DNA of 64,000 nt from Iphione sp. A-MEVVRFRX5 (taxonomy: Eukaryota). Both the position numbers and the translations under genes were made by a program. The stretch's first letter is position 1, and every line of letters starts with the position of its first letter. Below the pieces are notes generated by a model that was not told where the DNA came from, did not search any database, and was given only the letters and a program-made list of their open reading frames with translations. The stretch covers positions 40,858,001-40,922,000 of the forward strand of contig OZ320317.1 in assembly GCA_976226885.1 (NCBI GenBank), read 5' to 3'. Shown here piece after piece: positions 9,905-19,715 of the stretch.

Positions 9905-12595
9905 ATGTCAAAACCTTATTTCTTCTTTTGGAACATGCATAGCATAGTTAACAAAGTCAATGAACTTGATGATATTTTTCTAAAAATGCCTATTGCTATT
10001 TCAATTACAGAAACATGGCTATCTCCGTCCTTTGCGGATGGTCTCATACATAGGGATAACTATAACACCTTTAGACTTGACAGGAAGATAGGAACAAAAC
10101 AGTCAGGAGGTGGAGTCCTAGTCTATGTATTGGACAATGTTATGGCAGATTTGTTGAGTGCTGAGAGCTTAGGGTTTGTTGAGGCAATATGGTTAAAACT
10201 GAAGATTCCAAATCGTAGGCCAATGCTGCTAGCATGTATATATAGGCCACCCAATGCCTCCACTGCACAATTTCTTGAATATCTCTCCGAATCAATGAAG
10301 AAAATGGCTGGTCAAGACCGAGCACATATCGTAATTGGGGGGGACTTTAATTGTAATTGGCTATCCGAATCCACCTTAAAGCGAGGTTCAGAGAATTTAA
10401 TGTGTACTTATAATGCAATGCAAATAATAAACGAACCTACTTTCCATCATGGTACAGGATCATCAATATTAGACTTAATCTTTACTAACCTTCCTCACAT
10501 CAATATGTCAGGAACATTAGATAAACTGGCGAGTGATCACCTTCCCACCTACTTGGCTTGTAAAATGCAAAAGTTAGAGAGGCCGGAAAAGGTTTACTCA
10601 AAACGTGTATGGTATGAGTACAGCCCAGTGAAACTGTGTGCTTTCCTTGATCCCATAGTCAAAGCCGATACAGAATTGCCTGTGAGTGCCATAGACCGTT
10701 GGGATAGGTTTGAGGAGGGCCTACGTCAAGCTAGTGCTGTACTGTGCCCTTTAAAGCTAACAAAATCCAATTACAGGAAGCGCTGGATGACACATGAAAT
10801 AATGGAAAATATTAGGAATCGTAACTATTTCACTAGACAATTCAGGCTGAAAAAGAATATAGATGATTACAGGGTGGCAAGGTTTTATAAAGACAGGGTG
10901 AGGAAATTAATCAGGCAAGCAAAAAAGTCTTATTGGATCGAGCAACTGGATGGTTGTGTTAATCCAAAGGAATACTGGGGGGTCATAAATAAATCCTTAG
11001 GACGAATACGATCTAGCTCAAAGATAAACCTCAAGGAAGATGGTGTTGAGGTCCCTGAAGATATAGTCCCCACTGTACTAAATGAATTCTTTGCTTATTC
11101 AACAATACAGGATGCACATGACGACAACGAGAGTGTGAATGACTATTTGGACGAGACGCAAGGATGCTTCAGTCCCACAACTGTAAAGGAGTTGCGTCAA
11201 ATACTCCAACAATTAAAAGTGACCAAGCCTTCAGGGATAAGAGATGTCCCCATGAGAGTACTTCGTGATGCCCTTCTGCTTTATGTTGAGTTTATTAGAG
11301 ACATGCTTAATGAGTTAATTCAGCTTCAAATATTTCCAGAAAGATGGAAATTGGCGAATATAACCCCTAGCCCTAAGAAACCCCCTTTCACTGACAAAAG
11401 AAATTACCGCCCGATTTCTATATTACCTGTAATAGGTAAAGTCTTTGAACGTGTGATCTATAATCAAATAACATTGTTTACAACTAGGGAGGGTATCATT
11501 GATAATTCTCAGCATGGATTTCGTGAAGGGCGGGGGACCGAGACTGCAGTGGCCTCCCTGCTTAGTAAAGCATATGAAACTATTGACTCTGGACAACACT
11601 TTGGTATGGTAATGATAGATTTTTCCAAGGCTTTTGATGTTATTGATCATGTTAAATTATTGGGTAAGTTAGGAAGGATGGGCATGGGGTCTGCTAGATT
11701 AAATCTATTACGTTCATATTTAAGCAATAGAAAACAATGTGTATGCTGTAACGGGACTCAATCAGAATATATTTCAGTTAGGCAGGGAGTGCCACAGGGC
11801 AGCATTCTCGGTCCCCTCCTCTTTACATTAATGATTAATGATATTGGGGAATCACAGAAAGTGACACAATTAGTTATATACGCAGATGATGTGACCCTGA
11901 CTGCTAGTGCTGTTAATATAGTAAGTTTGCAGTTAAAACTGCAACATGGTCTTCGGATGATAAGTGAATGGTCGCAGTTAAATGGGTTGAAAATAAATCA
12001 ACAGAAAACGACCTATACTTGCTTTGGTAAGAGTAGACTGTTTGACCTAGATATTTGTTTAAATAATCAAGCTTTGAAGCACGACAAAATTCCAAAACTA
12101 CTGGGCTATCAACTTGATCCCATGCTTACGTGGATACCACAAATGAAGGCAATAAGACAACGTGTCCGTAGTCGTAGTATAATGATGTCCCGTTTATGTG
12201 GTCAACTTCCCTATACTGCCAGGGTTAAAGTATTCATGGGCTTCATCCAACCGTTATTTTTATATTGTCTTGCCTTTATGACTGGGGCCACGAAAAAGAC
12301 TATGTTAACATTGCAAATTGAGTACAATGTAGCTATAAAGAGGGTGGTGCTATCTAGTACGGCAAGGCGTTACGTGAGTGCTAAGAGAATACGTGAAAGA
12401 CTATCGTTAATTTCATTGAAAGATTTGTCTGAGATAAGAGCTACTTCACTCATACACAGGTTACACCATCAAGGACTGCTGAGAAGTCAGATAAGAGGGA
12501 GAACTCGAGGAGGAAGAGTCCACCAAATCCGATTGAGGAAAGCACGATTGACCACAATTAAGAAGAGTTTTCTCTATGTGGGAGTTAAAAAATAG
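9905..12595 (+). CDS. LINE ORF2: APE endonuclease plus reverse transcriptase; probable premature TAG (reads through to 12664)
   Basis: WNMHSI, ITETWL, GGGVLVY, YRPP, GGDFN, ILDL, SDH; NYRPISILP, QHGFR, DFSKAFD, GVPQGSILGP, YADD; ends GVKK*NSL where K-W-N-S-L is expected. Confidence 0.95.
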   Translation: MSKPYFFFWNMHSIVNKVNELDDIFLKMPIAISITETWLSPSFADGLIHRDNYNTFRLDRKIGTKQSGGGVLVYVLDNVMADLLSAESLGFVEAIWLKLKIPNRRPMLLACIYRPPNASTAQFLEYLSESMKKMAGQDRAHIVIGGDFNCNWLSESTLKRGSENLMCTYNAMQIINEPTFHHGTGSSILDLIFTNLPHINMSGTLDKLASDHLPTYLACKMQKLERPEKVYSKRVWYEYSPVKLCAFLDPIVKADTELPVSAIDRWDRFEEGLRQASAVLCPLKLTKSNYRKRWMTHEIMENIRNRNYFTRQFRLKKNIDDYRVARFYKDRVRKLIRQAKKSYWIEQLDGCVNPKEYWGVINKSLGRIRSSSKINLKEDGVEVPEDIVPTVLNEFFAYSTIQDAHDDNESVNDYLDETQGCFSPTTVKELRQILQQLKVTKPSGIRDVPMRVLRDALLLYVEFIRDMLNELIQLQIFPERWKLANITPSPKKPPFTDKRNYRPISILPVIGKVFERVIYNQITLFTTREGIIDNSQHGFREGRGTETAVASLLSKAYETIDSGQHFGMVMIDFSKAFDVIDHVKLLGKLGRMGMGSARLNLLRSYLSNRKQCVCCNGTQSEYISVRQGVPQGSILGPLLFTLMINDIGESQKVTQLVIYADDVTLTASAVNIVSLQLKLQHGLRMISEWSQLNGLKINQQKTTYTCFGKSRLFDLDICLNNQALKHDKIPKLLGYQLDPMLTWIPQMKAIRQRVRSRSIMMSRLCGQLPYTARVKVFMGFIQPLFLYCLAFMTGATKKTMLTLQIEYNVAIKRVVLSSTARRYVSAKRIRERLSLISLKDLSEIRATSLIHRLHHQGLLRSQIRGRTRGGRVHQIRLRKARLTTIKKSFLYVGVKK

Positions 12596-12720
12596 AATTC
12601 ACTATCGTCCAGCAAGAAGTTGTTACCAAGACTATCTACCAAGAAATTAATTGCTACCAAATAAATTTATCTCACCATTAACATTCACATTAACACCTCA
12701 AACTCAGTTCTTGAGACGTG

Positions 12721-12752
12721 AATAAACTGAATTTGAATTTGAATTTGAATTT
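12721..12752 (+). repeat. LINE 3' end: AATAAA plus (GAATTT)4 tail
   Basis: aataaactgaatttgaatttgaatttgaattt. Confidence 0.9.
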
Positions 12753-12949
12753 ATAAACAGCCGGTACTTCCATACCACATCGATGCACCTCAACCTCGGC
12801 TTCCAAAACGCTCCCCATCACTCTTTTCTCCACCATATTCAATTCATTTGAATGATATGGCCCCCATCCTTTCCCTGCTCGTTAAGCATGTAACACTTTT
12901 GTAATCACATCTGTTACCTTGATAAAGTCAATCCGCAGTGCAAAGAATC

Positions 12950-14800
12950 ATTTTCTGCCCTTTGTAAATACCGTTACTTTGTATGCTACCTCTGTAACTA
13001 CAAAAGAACACAGAAAAAAGTATCTGTTGTGGTGTTGAAAGCAGACCTTTTTCTTAAGGACATGACATATACGTTTCAGTAACATACAGAAAGACTGGGT
13101 GTTCAGCGGTACTTTCTGATCTGCTGAGGAGAAAACCAATCAATATTTCTTTTATCAAAAAACGCAACAAATACTGACACATTGTTTTCAATGGCGAATA
13201 GGAATTATATTTAGAACGGATGGTACATTTGATTCTGATTTTCTTTTTCATTTTGTTCCTACTCTATCTTAAACCTCTCTAAACTAAGATGGTACTATTT
13301 TACCCTCCAACCTCTTCATGCGAACCTTTCTCCCTCCTCACAGCTACATTCGCAAGCCCCCTTCAATGAACACCAAAATATGAATTTATTCCCACAACCT
13401 TCCCCATCCGAAGATTAACACCGAGGCCAATACGTGTTGGATTATGCGCGGTCTTGTTTTCTTTTCAACGCGACAGAACACACAATAGAGTGGTCCATCG
13501 ATCTGAACACGCCATCTGCATGTGCTTGGAATTCAACACCACTGCTTCTCCCAGCGGTGTGTGTTTAACACTATCAGGCGCCAACTGCTATATTATGCAT
13601 GACCTTATTCCGCTGTCGTCCATACAGGAGAATTCACTTCTTCATATTTAAGCCTGGAAAGCGAATGCATTTTCCACATATTGAAGCCTAATGCAGTGCC
13701 CTATCTGTCTGATAGACGTACGAGTGTCTAATTCGCAATTACTGTACGTCAAAACCGAAGTGAGCAAATTAGATGCTCGTCGGTAGCATGATAGGGTCCA
13801 TTTGAAAAAAAATCACATAAATATGATTCGATCTCTCCTTGATTTGCAGGCACAGGAGGGCCTGTTAAATGACTGCTCCTAGGCGAACAGGTAGTAATTT
13901 CATATGTTAATCTGCACAACTTTTCTGACTAAATGGTGTTCGCCTCTCTATTTATTTAATTTCACATCACATCCCGATAACAACTGGTTAATCAGTTTCA
14001 AAATAGGGTCCTTTCTTGAAACAGCCAGCGTTAAACATGTGACCAATTTTCACCTCTCTGAGATGTACAGTTTGGAAGCAGATGGGCCCATAATGTGGGG
14101 ATTATCATCTCCACACAATGCACCAGAGGTTATCCTACGGTCCTTCGTACAGACAAGTATTTGCTGGGCTAATATCTTGCGAATAGCAATAACAGATTTA
14201 AATGATATCCACCAACTCAACAGGGTGGTCTGCCAAGTCTAATTTGGTATTGTATCCGTGCAGTTATTATGTCAATATCTAGCGTGTGTATACCTCATAG
14301 GGAAGGATCCTTTTCTAGTAATCTGGCGATAAATATTGCCTGAGAACTTCACCATGTGATGGATGGGGTACTGCTTTCTGCCGCAAATATACAATATCAG
14401 TCCTGATACGCTGGGCTACAAATTGCATGATGTATAGGACTATATATGTATGTGGTAGAGAGAACATGAAACGATGGTTGTATGTAAGTTTTGTCCGGTA
14501 AGGATTACCAAGGCATATCGAATTAATTTTTACCAAACAGTTTTGACATGAAACTCTTTTCTAGTTTGTTGTCTCTAACCTAAAGCATGGCCCCTATTTT
14601 ACGTATACTAGTGTTGTAGTTTGATATTGGAGGAGTGGTTCTATATTGAACTTGCATAGAGAAATGCACGGCATACAGCGGAGTCTCAAAATACAAATTC
14701 CCTGCATTCCAACCAAAATCAAGGGCATTGACCTGTCGGTTGCAACTATTTGATCATTTTCAAATTCTAACCATTAATGTACCCTCTTATTCCTAGCTTT
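12950..14800 (-). pseudogene. Possible heavily decayed DIRS/Ngaro-like RT-RNase H-YR remnant
   Basis: Weak fragments in the expected order on the minus strand: RIRTDIVYL and LDIDII (RT-like), AVSRKDPIL...GEH (RH-like), KVPLNTQSFCMLLKRIC (YR-like); many stops and frameshifts. Confidence 0.3.
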
Positions 14801-15753
14801 GTCTTAGCCATTTCCCATTGGTTCTGGGCAGGGATGTATTTTCAGGTTTAATTTGCTGAGACACTTTTTTTCATAAGTTCTATTTTTCACACCTAGTTAA
14901 CTATGTTGATACCGTTATGTAGGGTTTATCTTATTGTCTCTACTGAACTAAAGAAGCGGTTCAGGATTCAGGGCTCAGAACACCACAAGACATTGACCAG
15001 ATATTCACCTATATTACCTCCTTCTAAAGCTAGTAGAAACACATTGTACAATACATGTTACACAAGTTGTCTAAATCGAGATACAGTCAAATGATGTGAT
15101 GTGAACAACCCTCCATACTTTGCCAAAGTGATCGCAGTATTTCTTTGCGCCATCTACTTATATCTTATGAAAATACAGGGGCAGATGGTAAATGACGCAG
15201 GTAGCTAAAAAGGGACAATTTTAATGAGTAAGCACTACAAGAGTGGTGGATTTGACAAGTTAACTTCCAATAAAGGGCAAATCTTGTTAAAATATACCTC
15301 CTAAATATGTCAAATTTGATGAGTAAACATTCCAAGAGCAGCAACTTTGATGTGTAGTCACAGGGTGGCTTGACGGCTGTATGGTCGGGTCGCATTGTTG
15401 TATTGTGATACCTAGGTCAACAGTGCCAAAAATTTCCGAAGTGAATGGAATACATTTACATGCACCGGCTAATAAAGACACAGACCCACATATGCATGTT
15501 TGCATGCATACATTCCACAGCCTTATGATTGCCTCTACTTTAGTGTATACCTCAAAATGACCTGGTGTGTCATATTATAAAACACATTGTACACAGAAGA
15601 AACGCCCGTTAAGATATACTTTACCTGGAAAACAAACATTTCTCAACTTCTTGAACATAAAATTTCGCGAGTAGTGACGTTTGAGTTACAAGGCCATGTG
15701 TAACTATGCAAAATTCAATCTGTGCCTGTTGTGCTTATTTCGGTATTAGCATT

Positions 15754-15873
15754 GTGGGGGCATGGATATGGCCAATCATTGCGACATGGCCTCACCTGAT
15801 CCGCCCCCTCCCTTCTGTGGGGACTACATAAGACCCCAACTAAATCGATCGACGCAGTTGTCGCCGGAAAGCT
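15754..15873 (+). repeat. Repeat A1 (left terminus; CCAAT and degenerate TATA)
   Basis: gccaatca near 15771; TACATAAG at 15825 where A2 has TATATAAG. Confidence 0.9.
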
Positions 15874-17061
15874 GTGACGATGGGACCCAAGAAAGTACCG
15901 AACCAGACTGACGATGTCGGAACTGACCACGATATAGTGGTCACCGACGCCAAGACGATAGAAAATACACCTGCCAGGAACAAGAAACCATGCATGGTGG
16001 ACCGGCTCGACAAGCTGGAAAGGGCTGTATCTGAGATTTCCGCACTCAAATCTCAAATTAATCAGCTTTCCAATTTATTGCAGAATGCTGTTACCCCAAC
16101 GGTCCCTATGGCGACTACTCCCACTGAGCAACAACCGGTGCAGCTTTCGGCTTCGGTCAAACCTGCCTCAGCCACAGTTACGCAACCTGGCCTCATGGGG
16201 CAACAGGGTCAACCGGTCCCGACGGGTCTACGAATCATACGTCCGGTGCAAACGTACTCAACACAAGGCATGCACCAGTATGACACATCCCTGCCAATGC
16301 AGCTACGAGCCCCGTCTCCGTTCCCTGATACGAGTCACCTGAGGAAAGGCCCTGCCGTCCAGCAGTTTGTGGACTCTTATTTAGACGCAGCCGCCCCTTG
16401 GATGCACACACCACAGGCCCGAGGTAATTTTGACTTTCACCTTCGTAATTTAATCCCCCACCCGCATATGTATCTGGACAGGGAAGGCTGTAATTCTACA
16501 AAAGCTAAAAACGATGCGAAAGACAATATTTCTTACTTTGAATACGTCCCAGCCTATCTGGCTATGTTGCGTGATCATCAGTCAGTACCCCCTCACGAGA
16601 GGCCATATCTCATGGACCATCTTTACCAGGTAACCCAAGACGCACAAAATCGTCCGTGGAGAAACGTCCGTAAGTGGTCCAATTGGGTGTTCGATAAAAT
16701 TGAAACAAATGAGATGTCATGGGCTGACCAGCAGACCATCGCCTATGAGCGGTTCAGGGTGAGTAATGCCCCGGTAGATAAACAAGAGGCGTTGGAAGTT
16801 GTCTGCCCAAATTACTCCTCCGGTTCATGCACCGAAAAACATGAGTTTCATCAAGAGGGCAATATCCGTTTGCAACATATATGTGGTTTTTGTCATATTA
16901 CCTCGGGCGCTTGTTATAGCCATTCTGCTTCGGTCTGCACTAAGAAATCTAGGTACACTACACTCCAGAGACAGCCAGCACTTGGCCAGCCCCAGCCTTC
17001 AAAGCAGCATGCGACCACATCGGCCGTTTCAACACGTTCATCAGCTGCTCCCTCGGCTTAA
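15874..17061 (+). CDS. Ngaro gag-like ORF1 (ATG at 15880) with C-terminal Cys/His zinc-finger-like region
   Basis: 395 aa; short coiled coil, Pro/Gln-rich linker, CPNYSSGSC...HICGFC...HSASVC. Confidence 0.88.
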   Translation: MTMGPKKVPNQTDDVGTDHDIVVTDAKTIENTPARNKKPCMVDRLDKLERAVSEISALKSQINQLSNLLQNAVTPTVPMATTPTEQQPVQLSASVKPASATVTQPGLMGQQGQPVPTGLRIIRPVQTYSTQGMHQYDTSLPMQLRAPSPFPDTSHLRKGPAVQQFVDSYLDAAAPWMHTPQARGNFDFHLRNLIPHPHMYLDREGCNSTKAKNDAKDNISYFEYVPAYLAMLRDHQSVPPHERPYLMDHLYQVTQDAQNRPWRNVRKWSNWVFDKIETNEMSWADQQTIAYERFRVSNAPVDKQEALEVVCPNYSSGSCTEKHEFHQEGNIRLQHICGFCHITSGACYSHSASVCTKKSRYTTLQRQPALGQPQPSKQHATTSAVSTRSSAAPSA

Positions 17062-18824
17062 AAAAACGAGTAAATCCGGCTCCGCCAACTCAAGCGGAGC
17101 CTGCTAAGGCTCAGCACGACGCCGTACGGTCAGGTAATGACCCTATCCACATTAATTTTCATGATGTACGCTACCAATGTGCACAGGACTTTCCAAACTT
17201 TTCCGGGATATGTGACCTGGCCATTCTGGCTGCATACCACAGGGAGAACTGGCCATCGCCAGACTTAGCAGTCTTGTCCCCCTGTATGGTGTGCATATAC
17301 GATTTGGCCAGGGCCAATGGATACCCCAACGTGGTCGGGGCACAGGTGAGAGTACCTTCAAACCTCAATATTGATGCATGGTCTCGTTATATTACCGACA
17401 GCGACCCTGATCCGCAGCTTATTGATTTGATGATGTACGGTTTCCCCCTTGGTTATCTCGGCCCTATGTCTAATAATCGTGGACAATCCAACCACCCTTC
17501 CGCCATCAATTATCTGAGCCATGTGGAACTTTTTCTTCAAAAAGAACTCGAGATGCGGGCTCTTCATGGCCCTTTTGATTCCCCTCCATTCACCCAGTGG
17601 TGCCATTCATCGCCATTGATGACTAGGCCCAAACATGACTCGGATGCTCGCAGAATCATCACCAACATGTCATTTCCCCCCAAGGCATCTGTAAACGCAT
17701 TCATTGCAAAAAATATGGTGTTAGGTATCCAGCATGACCATTCCCTTCCAACTATTGACTTACTCTTGGCCTATATTAGGGAAAGGCCAGCTGATGTATA
17801 CCTGTTTACAATGGACATCGCCAGGGCCTATAAGAATCTACCCTCATGCCCATTGGATTGGCCGTTGTTACTCTTTGTTTGGAAAGGATGGTATTACATG
17901 GACACAACTGTTCCCTTCGGCACCCGCTGCTCATCAAATCATATGCAGCGGGTGGCTGATGCTGTGGTATGGATCCTTGCCAAAGAAAATATCGCTGGTC
18001 TTATGTACCTCGATGATTTGATTGTTTTTGCAGAAGGAGAGGCCATGGCGCACAAGGCATTCTGCAGAGTCCGGGAACTCTTTGGGGAACTCGGCCTCCT
18101 GGAAGCACAAGATAAAACCCAGTCTCCTGCACGACGAGTGGTCTGGCTTGGTATTCAGATTGATACTGATTTTATGGTTGTTTCTATACCACAGGTCAAG
18201 ATCGACGAAATCCTGGAACTGGTGAAACGGAGTGCAGCACGACGAACGATCACTAAGAACGAACTCCAGGGACTCATTGGAAAATTGCTGTACATCGCCC
18301 GGTGTGTCGTCCCTGCGAGGCTGTTCGTTGCCAGGCTCCTTGAGTTGCTGAGGAGAGGTAAAGGATGGCATTATTGGCTTGGACATGAGGCCAAGAAGGA
18401 CTTGCAATGGTTCATATCCTTTTTGGCAGAATGGAATGGGAAGGAGATCATCGGGGCGAAGGCTGTGTCAGACACCATTGTTGCAGACGCATGTCTGGAA
18501 GGACTGGGGGGTGCCAGTGGGACTCACTACTATGGGGTGCCTGCCCCAGAAGGAATGGAGGGTATGCACATCAGTCAAGTGGAGGCCATCAATGTGGTAC
18601 TTGCCATTAGAACGTTTGTATCCAAGGCGCAGGCTGGGTCACGTGTTATCGTACGCTGCGACAACATGCCTGCCATCCAGGTCTTAACGAGCGGGCGGGG
18701 GAGAGATCCCCTCATTCTGGCATCAGCCCGTTCCTTGTGGTTGCACCAGGCACAAACGGGGCTTGAGTTGACTTATGAACATGTGCCCGGGGAGGACATG
18801 AAATTGGCTGAAGCCCTCTCATGA
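16953..18824 (+). CDS. Ngaro pol (RT plus RNase H); frame open from 16953, overlapping gag in the -1 frame, first ATG at 17286
   Basis: RRIITNMS, MDIARAY, VPFGTRCS, YLDD, WLGIQID; DACLEG, HISQVEA, CDN, HVPG...AEALS* (TGA where ALSR is expected; the frame continues to 18929). Confidence 0.93.
   Translation, partial: VHYTPETASTWPAPAFKAACDHIGRFNTFISCSLGLKKRVNPAPPTQAEPAKAQHDAVRSGNDPIHINFHDVRYQCAQDFPNFSGICDLAILAAYHRENWPSPDLAVLSPCMVCIYDLARANGYPNVVGAQVRVPSNLNIDAWSRYITDSDPDPQLIDLMMYGFPLGYLGPMSNNRGQSNHPSAINYLSHVELFLQKELEMRALHGPFDSPPFTQWCHSSPLMTRPKHDSDARRIITNMSFPPKASVNAFIAKNMVLGIQHDHSLPTIDLLLAYIRERPADVYLFTMDIARAYKNLPSCPLDWPLLLFVWKGWYYMDTTVPFGTRCSSNHMQRVADAVVWILAKENIAGLMYLDDLIVFAEGEAMAHKAFCRVRELFGELGLLEAQDKTQSPARRVVWLGIQIDTDFMVVSIPQVKIDEILELVKRSAARRTITKNELQGLIGKLLYIARCVVPARLFVARLLELLRRGKGWHYWLGHEAKKDLQWFISFLAEWNGKEIIGAKAVSDTIVADACLEGLGGASGTHYYGVPAPEGMEGMHISQVEAINVVLAIRTFVSKAQAGSRVIVRCDNMPAIQVLTSGRGRDPLILASARSLWLHQAQTGLELTYEHVPGEDMKLAEALS
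17061..17101 (+). promoter_or_regulatory. Putative -1 programmed frameshift signal: A AAA AAC heptamer plus 8-bp GC hairpin
   Basis: Heptamer 17061-17067 phased to the gag frame; gag-frame TAA at 17071; GGCTCCGC-caactcaa-GCGGAGCC at 17078-17101. Confidence 0.55.
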
Positions 18825-18925
18825 CGCTACACCCATCCAAAGTATTCCTTCATTGCTAGGGATTATATTGAGGCTTACCATCTTGTTGAAGCTAGCCCGG
18901 TATGGGATGGTTGGTGGCCACTTAG

Positions 18926-19282
18926 TTAAAGACTTTCTTTCTTCATTCAGATGCCCATGTCGCCCGGCTATCAGCACAGACACAGGCGCTGGTTGCAGCC
19001 GCATGCGCCCCAGGTACAATGGTAAATTGACGAGCGGCCGCGACCAACTATCTTCAGTTTTGCTGGAGGTATCAAGTATCGCCGTTTCAGCCAACAGCGC
19101 TGCAGGCGGCCATGTATGTTCAATACTGTGCCTCCAGGATGACTTTGCCCGCCTCCGTCGCAAACTCCATCTCTGCAGTCCGTGAATTTCTCAAGGACAA
19201 GGGTATTATCACTTCCGGGTTCGACGAACGCCCTGCTAGCCTGGCGCTGGAGGCGGTTAAGAGGACCTTCGGTCTTGGTTGA
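18926..19282 (+). pseudogene. N-terminal (core-binding) fragment of the tyrosine recombinase; catalytic domain absent
   Basis: ACAPGTMVN*RAAATNYLQFC...MYVQY...SVANSISAV...LALEAVKR, then a stop 21 bp before B1; no R/HxxR/Y motifs follow. Confidence 0.82.
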
Positions 19283-19303
19283 TGCATGATTCTCACCCTC
19301 ACC

Positions 19304-19715
19304 TTGGCATTTTACTGTATATTCATTTTATCAAACCAATTTACATGGTGACGGGTGAGAATAAAAATGTTTTCTCCAAGACATTTCTTGTATCATTATT
19401 ATCAGGGGAGTTATGATGAGCAATGGTGGGGGCATGGATATGGCCAATCATTGCGACGTGGCCCCACCTAATCCTCCCCCTCGCCTCTGTGGGGACTATA
19501 TAAGACCCCAACTAAATCGATCGACGCAGTTGTCGCCGGAAAGCTCCCACCCACCAAACCCTAATTATACATTAATTATTTTATATATTTCTATTGGCAT
19601 TTTACTGTATATTCGTTTTATCAAACCAATTTACATGGTGACGGGTGAGAATAAAAATGTTTTCTCCAAGACGTTTCTTGTATCATTATTATCAGGGGAG
19701 TTATGATGAGCAATG
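19304..19715 (+). repeat. B1 (19304-19425), A2 (19426-19545), 48-bp spacer, B2 (19594-19715)
   Basis: Direct alignment; AATAAA within B. Confidence 0.95.

Larger units (their letters stand above)
6980..12752 (+). mobile_element. Near-full-length three-ORF non-LTR retrotransposon (CR1/L2 group); 5' boundary approximate
   Basis: Three co-oriented ORFs (ORF1-like, SGNH-like, APE-RT), AATAAA at 12721 and a (GAATTT)4 3' tail. Confidence 0.9.
15754..19715 (+). mobile_element. Full-length Ngaro-type YR retrotransposon with split direct repeats A1-gag-pol-truncated YR-B1-A2-B2
   Basis: A1 15754-15873 vs A2 19426-19545 (7 mismatches in 120 bp); B1 19304-19425 vs B2 19594-19715 (2 mismatches in 122 bp); DIRS-type gag, RT and RH between them. 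Confidence 0.95.
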
